Source of the DNA: Dehalococcoidia bacterium
GTDB lineage: Bacteria > Chloroflexota > Dehalococcoidia > Lucifugimonadales > UBA3495
Reading direction: 5' to 3'
NCBI GenBank assembly: GCA_030740155.1
Contig: JASLXV010000054.1
Coordinates: 55,645 to 119,644, forward strand
DNA length: 64,000 bases
Both the position numbers and the translations under genes were made by a program. The notes under the pieces are model-generated. The model was not told where the DNA came from. It saw only the letters and a program-made list of their open reading frames with translations, and ran no database searches. This document shows, one piece after another, positions 40,376 to 50,358 of the stretch (position 1 is the stretch's first letter; every line of letters starts with the position of its first letter).

Positions 40376-41803
40376 TCACGAAACCGGGGGCCGCTTGTCG
40401 CTCCAGGGCCGGGCTTGCTCGAAGGCGGCCGACGCCTGCAGCACCTTGGCCTCGGCGCCCCGGGGGCCGATGATGTGCAGGCCGATGGGCATGCCATCGG
40501 CGGAGAAGCCGCAGGGCACGCTGGCCGCGGTCTGCCCCGTCATGTTGATGGGAAATGTAAAGGGCAGGTAGCCCCAGAAGGGTTCCACTTCTCTGCCGCC
40601 GATGACCGAGGGGCGTTGCTCGATGGGAAAGGCCGGCACCGCCATGGTTGGCGTCAGCAGCAGATTGTATCCCCGGCCATATCCATCGAAGAAGTCCTCC
40701 ATCTGCCGCCGCAGCTGGTCCACCCGCAGCAGCGCCCGGTTCAGGTCCGCTCCGCTCAGATAGGCCCCGTGCTCCAGGGCCCGCAGCCCGTAATCGGTGA
40801 AGTCCTCCCGGTGGTCGTCCAGCAGGTGGCCGTAGGAAGAGTAGGTGGCGGTGGCGAAGATGTCCCAGAAGGCTGGAAACGGGTCTTCGATGGCCAGGGC
40901 CGGCTCTTCCACCGTCGCGCCCAGCGCCTCGAAGAGCCGCGCCGCTTCCCCGGTGATCCGGGCCACCTCCGGGTCGACCGGAGCGTAGCCCAGATCGGCG
41001 CTCCAAGCTATGCGCCAGCCTCGGACGCCCCCATCCAGGTCCGCCATGAAGTCGGGGGGTTGCTCCCGCATGGAGGTTGGGTCCCGCGAGTCGGGGCCCG
41101 CAATCACCTGCAGCAGCAGGGCCGCATCCCGAACTGTCCGCGACATGGGTCCCGATTGGGAGAATTGATTGGCCGCGGGGCGGCCGTAGCCTCCGTACCG
41201 AGGCACCCGGCCCTGAGAGGGTTTGATGCCGAACACGCCACTGAAGCTGGCCGGAATCCGAATCGAGCCGCCGCCGTCGCTGCCCGTGGCAAGCGTGCTC
41301 ATCCCGGCCACCAGGGCCGCCGCCGCGCCGCCGCTGGAGCCGCCGGGCGTCCGTTCCGTGTTCCAGGGATTGCGGCAGGCGTCGCCCAGCTTGTTTTCGG
41401 TGGTGCCCGACTGCCCGAATTCCGGGGTATTGGTCTTGCCCAGGATGATGGCGCCCGCCCGTCGCACCCTTTCCACCACCACCGAGTCGGCGTCGGGAAC
41501 GCGGCCGCGAAACACCAGCGAGCCCAGCGTGGTGGGTATGTCCTTGGTCATCTCCAGGTCCTTCACGGAGATGGGGATGCCGTGAAGCGGCCCAAGAGAG
41601 TCACCCCGCTGGACGGCATCCTGGGCGGTACGCGCCGTGGCCAGGGCCTGGTCCGGGCACAGGGCCAGGTAAGCGTTCAGCCGGGGGTTCAACTCCTCGA
41701 TGCGGCGGTAGAACAACTCCGTAAGCTCCACCACCGACACTTCCCTGGAACGGATCAGCCGGCTCAGGCCGGTCGCCGAGGCGAAGCAGAGGTCCGTATC
41801 CAT
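40376..41803 (-). CDS. Amidase signature family enzyme
   Basis: GIPISVKD, GKTNTPEFG, GGSSGG, GSDGGGSIRIPAS. Confidence 0.95.
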   Translation of the reverse strand: MDTDLCFASATGLSRLIRSREVSVVELTELFYRRIEELNPRLNAYLALCPDQALATARTAQDAVQRGDSLGPLHGIPISVKDLEMTKDIPTTLGSLVFRGRVPDADSVVVERVRRAGAIILGKTNTPEFGQSGTTENKLGDACRNPWNTERTPGGSSGGAAAALVAGMSTLATGSDGGGSIRIPASFSGVFGIKPSQGRVPRYGGYGRPAANQFSQSGPMSRTVRDAALLLQVIAGPDSRDPTSMREQPPDFMADLDGGVRGWRIAWSADLGYAPVDPEVARITGEAARLFEALGATVEEPALAIEDPFPAFWDIFATATYSSYGHLLDDHREDFTDYGLRALEHGAYLSGADLNRALLRVDQLRRQMEDFFDGYGRGYNLLLTPTMAVPAFPIEQRPSVIGGREVEPFWGYLPFTFPINMTGQTAASVPCGFSADGMPIGLHIIGPRGAEAKVLQASAAFEQARPWSDKRPPVS

Positions 41804-41824
41804 GGTTGCTCACCAATCCGAAGA

Positions 41825-41853
41825 TTGACGGTGCCACGGGAGGTGGCTACAAT
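41825..41853 (+). promoter_or_regulatory. Sigma70-type promoter with a palindrome in the spacer
   Basis: TTGACG, 17 bp (GCCAC-GGGAG-GTGGC), TACAAT. Confidence 0.55.
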
Positions 41854-41909
41854 CGCGCTCATTATAGCAGCCGCCACCGCGGCCCTGAATTCCAGATAGG
41901 AGGAGTCTC

Positions 41910-42959
41910 TTGTCCCTGGTCGGAATCATCGCCAACCCGGCGGCCAGCAAAGACATCCGCCGGCTGGTCGCCCAAGGCCGGGTGGTTCCGGACTGGGAGA
42001 AGGTCAACATCGTGCGCCGGGTCCTTCTCGGCCTCCAGGCGGTCGGCGTCCAGCGGGTGGTGGCCATGCCCGACAGCTCCCACCTGGTGGAGCGGGCCCG
42101 AGACGACTCCCGGCTCTCCCTGGAGTTGGCTCTGCTGGAGATGCCCGCCCACTACGAGGAGGGGGACACGATCCGGGCCGCCGGGCTGATGCACGATCTA
42201 GGGGTTGCTTGCCTGGTGACCCTTGGCGGCGACGGCACCAACCGGGCGGTGGTCAGAGGCTGTGCCACCCTGCCGCTGGTGGCCATTTCCACCGGGACCA
42301 ACAACGTGTTCCCCGCAATGGTCGAGGGCACCCTCGCCGGCCTGGCTGCCGGTCTGCTGGCCCGGGGTGATCTCGACCTGGAACGAGTCTCCATACAAAG
42401 CAAGACCCTGACGATATACGTGGACGGCGAGTACCGGGACATGGCTCTGGTGGACGTGGCCTTGTCCCGGGAACGTTTCGTGGCGGCCCGGGCCATCTGG
42501 GATACCGGCACCCTCTATGAGGTGTTTCTAACCCGCGCCGAACCGGCGTCCATCGGCCTTTCCTCCATCGGAGCCCAGCTGCAACCGGTGTCCATGGCCG
42601 AGGAAGGCGGGTTGCACTACTGCCTCGCCGGGGCCGATGACGGGGAGCCCAGCAGCCCTGCGGGCAACCCCGGCCCTGAAGGCCAGCCAGGAAGTCAGCC
42701 AGAGAGCCAGATGGTCCTGGCCCCCATCGCCCCGGGGATTGTCAGTCAGGTGCCGGTTAGCTCCTGGCGGCGGTTGGCCGACGGCGAACGGGTGTCGATG
42801 GAGCGGCGGCACTGCACCGTGGCCCTGGACGGCGAGCGGGCCTTTACAGTAACTCCCGGCCAGCATTTAGAGGTGTCGGTTGAGCGCAACGGCCCTCCGG
42901 TGGTGCAGGTGGAAGCGGCGTTGCATGAGGCGGCCTCGCGCGGCCTTTTAAGGGTCTAG
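41910..42959 (+). CDS. AcoX-like ATP-NAD kinase family protein
   Basis: GIIANPAASKDIRRLVA, LGGDGTNR, STGTNNVFP, ALDGER. Confidence 0.85.
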   Translation: MSLVGIIANPAASKDIRRLVAQGRVVPDWEKVNIVRRVLLGLQAVGVQRVVAMPDSSHLVERARDDSRLSLELALLEMPAHYEEGDTIRAAGLMHDLGVACLVTLGGDGTNRAVVRGCATLPLVAISTGTNNVFPAMVEGTLAGLAAGLLARGDLDLERVSIQSKTLTIYVDGEYRDMALVDVALSRERFVAARAIWDTGTLYEVFLTRAEPASIGLSSIGAQLQPVSMAEEGGLHYCLAGADDGEPSSPAGNPGPEGQPGSQPESQMVLAPIAPGIVSQVPVSSWRRLADGERVSMERRHCTVALDGERAFTVTPGQHLEVSVERNGPPVVQVEAALHEAASRGLLRV

Positions 42960-42960
42960 C

Positions 42961-43701
42961 TTGCTATCCGGCCTGGAACTGCTGATAGCCCTGGCCATCG
43001 TCACCCTCGGCGCCCTGGTCATGGGCACCGTCAGCTTTGGGCTGGGGCTGGTGGTGGCGCCGGTGCTCTTGCTGTTCGTTGCCCCCCAATCGGTGGTGGT
43101 CATCGTCAACACCCTCATCGGCATCCTGCTGGTGGCCGTGCTGATTCAAACCCGCCGCCACCTAGACTTGAAGGTGGTATGGAGGATGACCCTGGGCGGC
43201 CTGGTAGCGGTGCCCATTGGGGTGCTGGCGTTGGACTCGGCCAGTCCGGCTACTCTTCGGATAACCATCGGCCTGGTAATCCTGGGCCTGGCTCCCCTCA
43301 CCCTCTGGAAGGTCAAGCTGCCGTTTTTCCACAGCCCTTCATCCGCCCCGTTCGTCGGTTTCCTTACGTCTTTGTCGATTTCCGCCCTGAGCATCGGCGG
43401 GCCCCTGGCGGCCATATACGTCATCGCCCAGAGATGGCCCCCCCAGGTCATACGGGCTACCCTGGCGTTCTACTTCATCTCGGTCAACATCTTGGCCTTC
43501 GCCCTGTACGCCCGAGCCGGGCTGGTGGATCGAGATACGGTGGGCAACATTGCCATCCTGCTTCCGGGCCTCATAGCCGGCTTCGGCCTGGCCACCCTGA
43601 TAGTGCGCCGGATGGACGCCCAGGTGTTCCGCTACGTAGCCCTGGCGGTCATCGTGGTTGGCGGAGTGCTGCTGCTGGGGCGGGAGCTAACCGGGCTATA
43701 A
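42961..43701 (+). CDS. TauE/SafE sulfite exporter family protein
   Basis: FGLGLVVAP, IGGP, RATL; about 8 TM helices. Confidence 0.85.
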   Translation: MLSGLELLIALAIVTLGALVMGTVSFGLGLVVAPVLLLFVAPQSVVVIVNTLIGILLVAVLIQTRRHLDLKVVWRMTLGGLVAVPIGVLALDSASPATLRITIGLVILGLAPLTLWKVKLPFFHSPSSAPFVGFLTSLSISALSIGGPLAAIYVIAQRWPPQVIRATLAFYFISVNILAFALYARAGLVDRDTVGNIAILLPGLIAGFGLATLIVRRMDAQVFRYVALAVIVVGGVLLLGRELTGL

Positions 43702-43742
43702 CCGCGGGACGGCCAGCCCCGGTTCGTCCCCTGGAAAAGGCC

Positions 43743-43810
43743 ATCAAATGCTCATATCGTGGTAGGCCGCCAGCGCGGCGGTGATGCCGTCGCTGACCGC
43801 GGCGCTCGAC
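43743..43810 (-). repeat. Duplicated 3' end of trxB (att-like direct repeat)
   Basis: 62/68 identical to 45392-45459, including the stop codon. Confidence 0.9.
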
Positions 43811-43905
43811 ACCCTATCACTTGTGTCGCGCCAGGCCGTGGGTTAGCATCTCAGTACCAATGCCAGGCAGTAGAATACGCCGGCCCATCGAAAGAGGTTG
43901 CCGAA

Positions 43906-45303
43906 ATGGTCGAGAGAACTGTATCCGAGTGGCTAATAGACCAGGGTCACCCCTCGATGATGGGGAAATCCGTGATCGTGAGTCCCGACTGTCGGCGAGT
44001 GGCCTACATGGTTGAACCTGTTACGGTCTCCAGTTGTTTTGTTGTGGTAGACGGGCAGGAGGGGAAGCACTACGATGGCGTAGAGAAAGGGTCTCTCGTT
44101 TTCAGCCCCAACAGTCAGCGGGTGGCCTATGTGGCTCGTGCGGGCAAGAAGCGGTTTGCAGTTGTGGACGGGCAGGAGGAGAATCAGTACGACAGGATAG
44201 AGGAACAGTCTCTGGTTTTCAGCTCCGACAGCCGACGGGTGGGATATGTGACTCGTGCAGGCAAGAAGCGGGTGGCGGTCTTGGACGAGCAGGAGGGCAA
44301 GCAGTACGACAGGGTAGCGGAAGGGTCTCTCCGTTTCAGCCCCGACAGTCAACGGGTGGCCTACGTGGCTCGCGCGGGCAATAAGCAGTTTGTAGTTGTT
44401 GATGGTCAGGAGCAAGAGCAGTACGACAGGATAGAGAAACAGTCTCTGGTTTTCAGCCCCGATAGTCAGCGGATGGCATATGGGGCTCGTGCGGGCAATA
44501 AGTGGTTTGTAGTTGTGAACGGGCAGGTAGACCGGCAGTACGACAGGATAGAGGGAGGTTCTCTCGTTTTCAGCCTCGACAGTCAGCGGGTGGCCTACGT
44601 AGCTCGCGAAGCGAAGAAGCACTTCGTGGTTGTAGATGGTCAAGAGCAAGAGCAGTACAACGAGATAGGGAAATGGTCTCTCGTTTTCAGCCGGAACAGT
44701 CAGCGGGTGGCCCACGCGGCGAATGCAGGCGGGTGGAATGGGAAGTGGCGTGTCATTGTGGATGGTCAGGAGGGGAAGCACCTCGATGGGGACACCGACG
44801 GCGTAGTGTCGATCATATTCAGCCCGGACAGCCAAAGGTTGGCCTACGAGTTCAGTAGGTGTGAAGGAGGAGCTTATGTGGTCGTGGTGGACGGTCAGGC
44901 ACAGAAGGAGTACGACCGTGTGGAAGGTGGCCTTGCTTTTAGCCCGAATAGCCGACGAGTGGCCTATGTGGCTAGCCAGGGATGGCTGCCGTGGTCGGAT
45001 CATTGGTTTGTAGTATTGGATGGGCGGGAACAGGAGCTTTACAACACGATAGCAATAGAGTCTCTAATGTTCGCTCCCGACAGCCGGCGGGTGGCTTATG
45101 TGGTCTGGGCTGCTACGCGAAGACTGGGTGTCGTGGTACACATGAGGTCGCTGGTCGTGATTGACGGGGAAGAGGGGAGCCAGTACAACGCCATCCCCGC
45201 TCCCTCTGGAGGTGGAGGCATCATCTTCGACTCGCCCAATCAGCTTCACTACATAGCGCGAAAGGGTAACGCCTTCTATCTGGTGGAGGAGCGTTTGGCA
45301 TGA
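43906..45303 (+). CDS. TolB/WD40-like beta-propeller repeat protein
   Basis: About 10-11 repeats of about 39 aa (LVFSPDSQRVAY...VVVDGQE..QYD); exact 117-bp period at 44101-44700; lower GC3 than neighbours. Confidence 0.8.
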   Translation: MVERTVSEWLIDQGHPSMMGKSVIVSPDCRRVAYMVEPVTVSSCFVVVDGQEGKHYDGVEKGSLVFSPNSQRVAYVARAGKKRFAVVDGQEENQYDRIEEQSLVFSSDSRRVGYVTRAGKKRVAVLDEQEGKQYDRVAEGSLRFSPDSQRVAYVARAGNKQFVVVDGQEQEQYDRIEKQSLVFSPDSQRMAYGARAGNKWFVVVNGQVDRQYDRIEGGSLVFSLDSQRVAYVAREAKKHFVVVDGQEQEQYNEIGKWSLVFSRNSQRVAHAANAGGWNGKWRVIVDGQEGKHLDGDTDGVVSIIFSPDSQRLAYEFSRCEGGAYVVVVDGQAQKEYDRVEGGLAFSPNSRRVAYVASQGWLPWSDHWFVVLDGREQELYNTIAIESLMFAPDSRRVAYVVWAATRRLGVVVHMRSLVVIDGEEGSQYNAIPAPSGGGGIIFDSPNQLHYIARKGNAFYLVEERLA

Positions 45304-45392
45304 CGTGGTCCGGTGCGGGCCAGGGCAGACCCTGTGCTGCGAAGGTGTTTGCCCCGGCTATCCGCTGACGGCCCCGAACGTGGTATCAGCTA

Positions 45393-46313
45393 TCAAACGC
45401 TCATATCGTGGAAGGCCGCCAGGGCGGCGGTGATGCCGTCGCCGACCGCGGCGCCCAACTGGCGGGTCGACTCCGCCCGGACATCGCCGCAGGCGTAGAC
45501 TCCCGGAAACTTGGTCCGCATGTGGTCATCGGTGACAATGTGGCCCATGTCATCCGTCTCGAGCATGCCATTCAGAAACTCGGTGTTCGGATGGAAGCCG
45601 ACGTAGATAAACGCGGCGGCGGTAGGATAGTCGTACACCTCGTTTGTTTTGAGGTTCTTGACCCGGGCGGATACTAGAAGTTCGTCGCCCACGAACTCTT
45701 CGACCACGTGGCTCCATAGGAACTTGAAATTGGGCTTGTTGAAGGCCCGCTCTTGCAGCACCTTGGTGGCCCTAAGCTCGTCCCGGCGGTGGATCACGGT
45801 GACCGATTTGACGATGCCGCTGAGATAGTGCCCCTCGTCCAGGGCAGCGTCGCCCCCACCGACCACCACAACGTCCTGGCCCCGGAAGAAGTTGCCGTCG
45901 CATACTGCGCAATAGGAAACGCCCCGGCCTGCCATCTCGTCCTCGCCCGGCGCGCCCAGCTTGTTGTGGCTCCCGCCCGTGGCGATGATAATGGCCTTGG
46001 CAGTGTAGTCCTTGCTGTCGGTGTGGACCACCTTGACCGGCTTATCCAGGTCTTCCAGGCTTTCCACCTCCGTGTACTCCACCTCGGCGCCGAAGCGGGT
46101 GGCCTGCTCCTCCATGCTCATGGCCAGCTCGGGTCCTTTGACACCCTTGGGGAACCCCGGGTAGTTCTCGATCTCGTCGGTGATCAAGAGCTGCCCGCCG
46201 GCTCCGAGGGACTCTAGGACCACTGTCTTCAGCATCGCTCGGGAGGTGTAAAGGCTCGCTGCGAGCCCGGAGGCGCCTGCTCCGAGGATGATGACATCGT
46301 ACTCTGCTTCCAT
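45393..46313 (-). CDS. trxB: Thioredoxin-disulfide reductase
   Basis: GAGASG, ENYPGF, CAVCDG, GGGDAA, HRRD, GD. Confidence 0.95.
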   Translation of the reverse strand: MEAEYDVIILGAGASGLAASLYTSRAMLKTVVLESLGAGGQLLITDEIENYPGFPKGVKGPELAMSMEEQATRFGAEVEYTEVESLEDLDKPVKVVHTDSKDYTAKAIIIATGGSHNKLGAPGEDEMAGRGVSYCAVCDGNFFRGQDVVVVGGGDAALDEGHYLSGIVKSVTVIHRRDELRATKVLQERAFNKPNFKFLWSHVVEEFVGDELLVSARVKNLKTNEVYDYPTAAAFIYVGFHPNTEFLNGMLETDDMGHIVTDDHMRTKFPGVYACGDVRAESTRQLGAAVGDGITAALAAFHDMSV

Positions 46314-46347
46314 TCTCTCTGTTCGCCTCCAGTCTAGTCGGGTCGGA

Positions 46348-47292
46348 TTACCGGGCGGCGTGGGCCGTCCGGCGGAAGTATTCTACCGTGCGGCGCAGGC
46401 CTTCTTCCAGGCCAACCTGAGGGGCCCAGCCCAGCTCCTCAGCCGCACGGGTGCTCTCCAGGCTTATTTGGTAAACATCGCCCAGGCGGGCCGCGCCATG
46501 CACGGCTGCCCACTTATAACCTATGATGCCTTTCAATATTTCGAAGATTCGGTTGATGCTGGTCCTCTGACCGGTACCGATGTTCATCGCCATGCCGACC
46601 CCCCGGTCCACGGCGCGGATGTTGGCCTCGACCACGTCATCGACGTTGACAAAGTCGCGCTCCTGTTCACCGTCCCCGAAAATCTCGGGCTGTCTGCCCT
46701 CCAGCATGGCCTGGCTGAAAATGGCGATCACCCCGGCCTCGCCATGGGGGTCTTGCCGGGGACCGTAGACGTTCCCATACCGCAGGCAGGTATAGTTGAG
46801 GCGGTATAGCCGCCGGTAAAAGTCGAGGTACTGCTCCCCAAGGTATTTGGACATGCCGTAGGGAGACAGAGGCTTGACGGGATGGTCGTCCGGGCAGGGG
46901 TCCACCTCGGGGTCCCCGTAGAGAGCGCCCCCGGTGGAAGAGTAGATGAACTTCTCGATGCCGTGACGCCGCGCCGCCTCCAGTATCCGCAGGGTGCCGT
47001 TGACGTTGATCCCGCCGTCTGTGACGGGGTCCCTGATTGATTGGGTGACGCTGGTTTGGGCGGCCAGGTGGAACACGATATCCGGCTGCTCTCTCTGGAA
47101 TACATCGTTGACGGACGGGTGGGTGATGTCGGTGTGGTGGAAGGTGGCGGCCCGGTTCAGGTTCTTCAACTTTCCGCTGCTCAAGTTGTCTACAATAACC
47201 ACGCGATATTCCAGGGCCAGTAGCCGGTCCACCAGGTGGGAGCCGATGAACCCCGCCCCGCCGGTTACCAGCGCTGTCTTGCCTTCCGCCAT
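46348..47292 (-). CDS. NAD-dependent epimerase/dehydratase (UDP-glucose 4-epimerase-like)
   Basis: TGGAGFIGSH, STGGALYG, YGMSK, NVYGPRQ. Confidence 0.92.
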   Translation of the reverse strand: MAEGKTALVTGGAGFIGSHLVDRLLALEYRVVIVDNLSSGKLKNLNRAATFHHTDITHPSVNDVFQREQPDIVFHLAAQTSVTQSIRDPVTDGGINVNGTLRILEAARRHGIEKFIYSSTGGALYGDPEVDPCPDDHPVKPLSPYGMSKYLGEQYLDFYRRLYRLNYTCLRYGNVYGPRQDPHGEAGVIAIFSQAMLEGRQPEIFGDGEQERDFVNVDDVVEANIRAVDRGVGMAMNIGTGQRTSINRIFEILKGIIGYKWAAVHGAARLGDVYQISLESTRAAEELGWAPQVGLEEGLRRTVEYFRRTAHAAR

Positions 47293-47661
47293 TAGGACCT
47301 CGATCGATGAATTCAGCAGGAAGTATCATAAACCCGCCCGCCCGTTAGCACAACGGAGGGTAGTACTCGACGCCGCGCCTGAGGATTCAGCCTGCTTTGC
47401 GTTGACCTCCGGCTTGGCCCAACGAATCACCGGGAGAATCGAGAAGGCGGTTTTGCCTCGCCAAAGATGGGCAACCCAGCCCAATCTCAACCTCATCCAG
47501 CTTGGCAATCCCCGTCCTGGCCGCTATTTTCAGGGTAGGCCCGTCAAATCTAACGCGCCGCCCTACTCAGGCGTGGCGCTGCATCTAGCGATGTGCCTAG
47601 GGGTATGATAGAGTGGCTTTTGCTTGGCAGGGTTTATTTTCGAACGGCCACAGGAGTAAGC

Positions 47662-48558
47662 ATGGCGGAGCAGATTGGATTTATCGGACTCGGGATCATG
47701 GGAAAGCACATGGCGCGCAACCTGATGAAGGCGGGCTATGCCCTCACGGTGTACGACATCGTGGGCGCGCCCGTGGAGGAGTTGGTCACCGAAGGGGCCA
47801 AGGACGGTTCTTCCTGCAAAGGGGTGGCCGCCGCCGCCGGCAAGATCATCACCATGCTTCCTGATTCCGCCGACTCGGAGAAGGCGATTCTGGGGCCCAA
47901 CGGGGTGCTGGAAGGGGCAAAGTCCGGCTCCGTCATCATCGACATGAGTTCGATTGCACCGCTGGTCTCACAGAGAATCGCCGCCGAGTGCGCCAAGAAG
48001 GGCGTCGAGATGCTGGACGCGCCGGTGAGCGGTGGTGAGCCCGGCGCCATCAACGCCACCCTGGCCATCATGGTCGGGGGCAAGCAGAAAGTGTTCGACG
48101 ATTGCTACGACCTGATGAAGATCATGGGCGGCAACGTGGTCCTGACGGGCGACATAGGCGCCGGCGGCGTCACCAAACTGGCCAACCAGATTTGCGTGGC
48201 GGCCAACATCGAGGCGTTGAGCGAAGCCCTGGTGCTGGCCCAACGGGCGGGCGTGGACCCGGAGAAGGTGTTCAACGCAATCCGGGGAGGCCTGGCCGGC
48301 AGCGCCGTGATGGAAGCCAAGGCGCCGATGATGCTGAGCCGGAACTTCCAGGCCGGCTTCCGCATTCGCCTCCACCAGAAGGACCTGCGCAACGTGATGC
48401 AGACAGCCCAGGAACTGAGCATTCCCCTTCCGGTCACCGCCCTGGTGCAGCAGATGCTGGCGGCGTTGGTCAACGAGGGAGAGTCCGAGGCAGACCATTC
48501 CGCCATCCTCCACTTCCTGGAGCGTCTGGCCAAGGTGGAAGTCAAGAAGGGCGGCTAG
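47662..48558 (+). CDS. garR: 2-hydroxy-3-oxopropionate reductase
   Basis: GFIGLGIMG, DMSSIAP, DAPVSGG, KLANQ, IRGGLAGS, LHQKDL. Confidence 0.85.
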   Translation: MAEQIGFIGLGIMGKHMARNLMKAGYALTVYDIVGAPVEELVTEGAKDGSSCKGVAAAAGKIITMLPDSADSEKAILGPNGVLEGAKSGSVIIDMSSIAPLVSQRIAAECAKKGVEMLDAPVSGGEPGAINATLAIMVGGKQKVFDDCYDLMKIMGGNVVLTGDIGAGGVTKLANQICVAANIEALSEALVLAQRAGVDPEKVFNAIRGGLAGSAVMEAKAPMMLSRNFQAGFRIRLHQKDLRNVMQTAQELSIPLPVTALVQQMLAALVNEGESEADHSAILHFLERLAKVEVKKGG

Positions 48559-48588
48559 TGGCCCCGGACCCGAGATCCAGGCCGGCGG

Positions 48589-49287
48589 CTAGCCGGCCTG
48601 GACTATGGCGATGGTCTCGATAACCACGGGCTCCTTCGGCCGGTCCCCGGGACCTCTGGTCGCGACGATAGCTTCCACAACATCCTGACCCTGGACCACG
48701 CGGCCGAATATGGTGTGGGCCCCGTTCAGGTGAGGTGTGGGCGCCAGCGTGATAAAGAACTGGCTCCCGTTGGTGCCGGGTCCGGCGTTGGCCATGGCCA
48801 GAACTCCGGACTTGGCGAACGTCACCGAGGGGTCGAATTCGTCCTGGAACCTGTAGCCGGGCCCGCCGCTCCCGGTCCCCGTGGGGTCGCCTCCCTGAAT
48901 CATGAAGTCCGGTATTACCCGGTGGAAGACCACCCCGTCGTAGAACCCGTCCTTAGCTAGAAACACGAAATTATTGACGGTTATCGGAGCTTTGTCGGCC
49001 AGTAACTCCAGGGAGATCGCACCGCAATTGGTCTTGATGGTCGCGGTGTAATTTGCACTGGGCTCGATAGACATCGAGGGCGGGCTGTCATATTGCTTCA
49101 AGGCTCCTCCGGTTGCGGCCTGAGCTGGCGCGCATTTTGAATTAGAGGCTCCGGCGACCCCTGCATCGGGAGCCGATGCGGGAATTGCCGTGGGAGCCGG
49201 GCTTGGCGTGTCAGTTGACGTGACCAACGTACACGCCATCAGGAAAAGTGCGATTGCGAGAGTGCCGAGCAAAACCAGCGTTCTCAT
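48589..49287 (-). CDS. Cyclophilin-type peptidyl-prolyl isomerase, probable lipoprotein
   Basis: FHRVIPDFMIQGGDP, MANAGP.TNGSQFFIT; LMAC lipobox. Confidence 0.93.
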   Translation of the reverse strand: MRTLVLLGTLAIALFLMACTLVTSTDTPSPAPTAIPASAPDAGVAGASNSKCAPAQAATGGALKQYDSPPSMSIEPSANYTATIKTNCGAISLELLADKAPITVNNFVFLAKDGFYDGVVFHRVIPDFMIQGGDPTGTGSGGPGYRFQDEFDPSVTFAKSGVLAMANAGPGTNGSQFFITLAPTPHLNGAHTIFGRVVQGQDVVEAIVATRGPGDRPKEPVVIETIAIVQAG

Positions 49288-49626
49288 TGCATCTACCTAT
49301 CGTACCTCAAATATTTGCACCGCGCGGTGTCCGCTCCATGGACGAGGACCGCGGAACGGGACCGCCAGACCCCGAGCCATGGGATGCACCGCAAAGAGTA
49401 TACCCGATTCCCGTCGCAAAAAACCTGCTCAATCATTGAGATGTTGCACGAAATTGACCGCCGCCTGATCCGCCGGGGCCGGCCTGAATCGCCTATGTGT
49501 CGAATGGGGAGCCAGCCTAAACCTGGTCCGGGTCAAACTGCCGGAGCCGGTGGTGGGTGGGCACTTGACCGCTGGCGGGACGGGCCGTTGCGGCTTCCTA
49601 GTTTTGTCCGGCGCCCGGCTTCTCCC

Positions 49627-50118
49627 TTACTGCCTCTCTCGCACGATCCGGCGGGTCTCGGTGATCTGGCCGGCGTGTTCTCTGAGATGGGACGCCACGG
49701 ACTGAACGATTTGGCCGGCGGATACGGATTTTCCTTCGCCGCGGTGTCCCAGCCGGTTCAGGTCCTTGGGGTCGATACCCCCAACTGTGGCCACAGCGGC
49801 GTCGTTGGCGGCGATCATTTTCTGTCTGAGATCGGCCACACTGTGCTGGGCCATGCCGGCTACGGAGGCCGTCCGCAGTTCACCCTCGGCGGCATTGCGG
49901 GCAACGTTGGGGTCATCCTCTCTGGTTATCAAGATTGCTTTTGAAACCCAGAAAGATTGAACCTCCGTGATATGGCCCATCAGTTGGGCCACGGTCCACT
50001 CGCCGGGCTCCGGCACTTCCTTTGCTTCCGCCTCCGAAATCCCCTCGATGGCCGAAAGCACGGCCTCACGGGCGGAGCGCAAGCCCTCTTGCAGTTCTTG
50101 AATCTCATTATTGCTCAT
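49627..50118 (-). CDS. DinB/YfiT-family protein
   Basis: GEWTVAQLMGH ... HLREHAGQI metal-binding pattern; ATG at 50118 after GGAGG. Confidence 0.82.
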   Translation of the reverse strand: MSNNEIQELQEGLRSAREAVLSAIEGISEAEAKEVPEPGEWTVAQLMGHITEVQSFWVSKAILITREDDPNVARNAAEGELRTASVAGMAQHSVADLRQKMIAANDAAVATVGGIDPKDLNRLGHRGEGKSVSAGQIVQSVASHLREHAGQITETRRIVRERQ

Positions 50119-50358
50119 GTGGGACCTCCTTGCTGATGCTGTTTGTGAAGCAAGCGGCTTCGGGCGGAAAATGTAACCTTGAAACCGCCGGCCGAATCCT
50201 GCTGGAGGCGTGGGAGAAACCTGGGGCAGGGTAATTCCCTTTATCTTTCCAGGCCCCTCTCGGAGTTTTTTCTCAAGCGCAGCCGAGGGGCTCAAGGCGA
50301 CAAAGGCACTTCGCCGACCCGACCCAGAGCATACCAAAAAGTCGCGGGCAGGGGAAGC

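Noticed and set aside
42640..42712. Pro/Gly/Gln-rich insert with short tandem repeats in the AcoX-like gene
   Set aside because: Looks like a simple slippage-derived loop; not related to the palindromic families.
44040..44770. Regularly spaced DNA repeats that could be taken for a CRISPR array
   Set aside because: The 117-bp period is a multiple of 3, whole units are homologous with no unique spacers, they lie in one open frame, and no cas genes are present.
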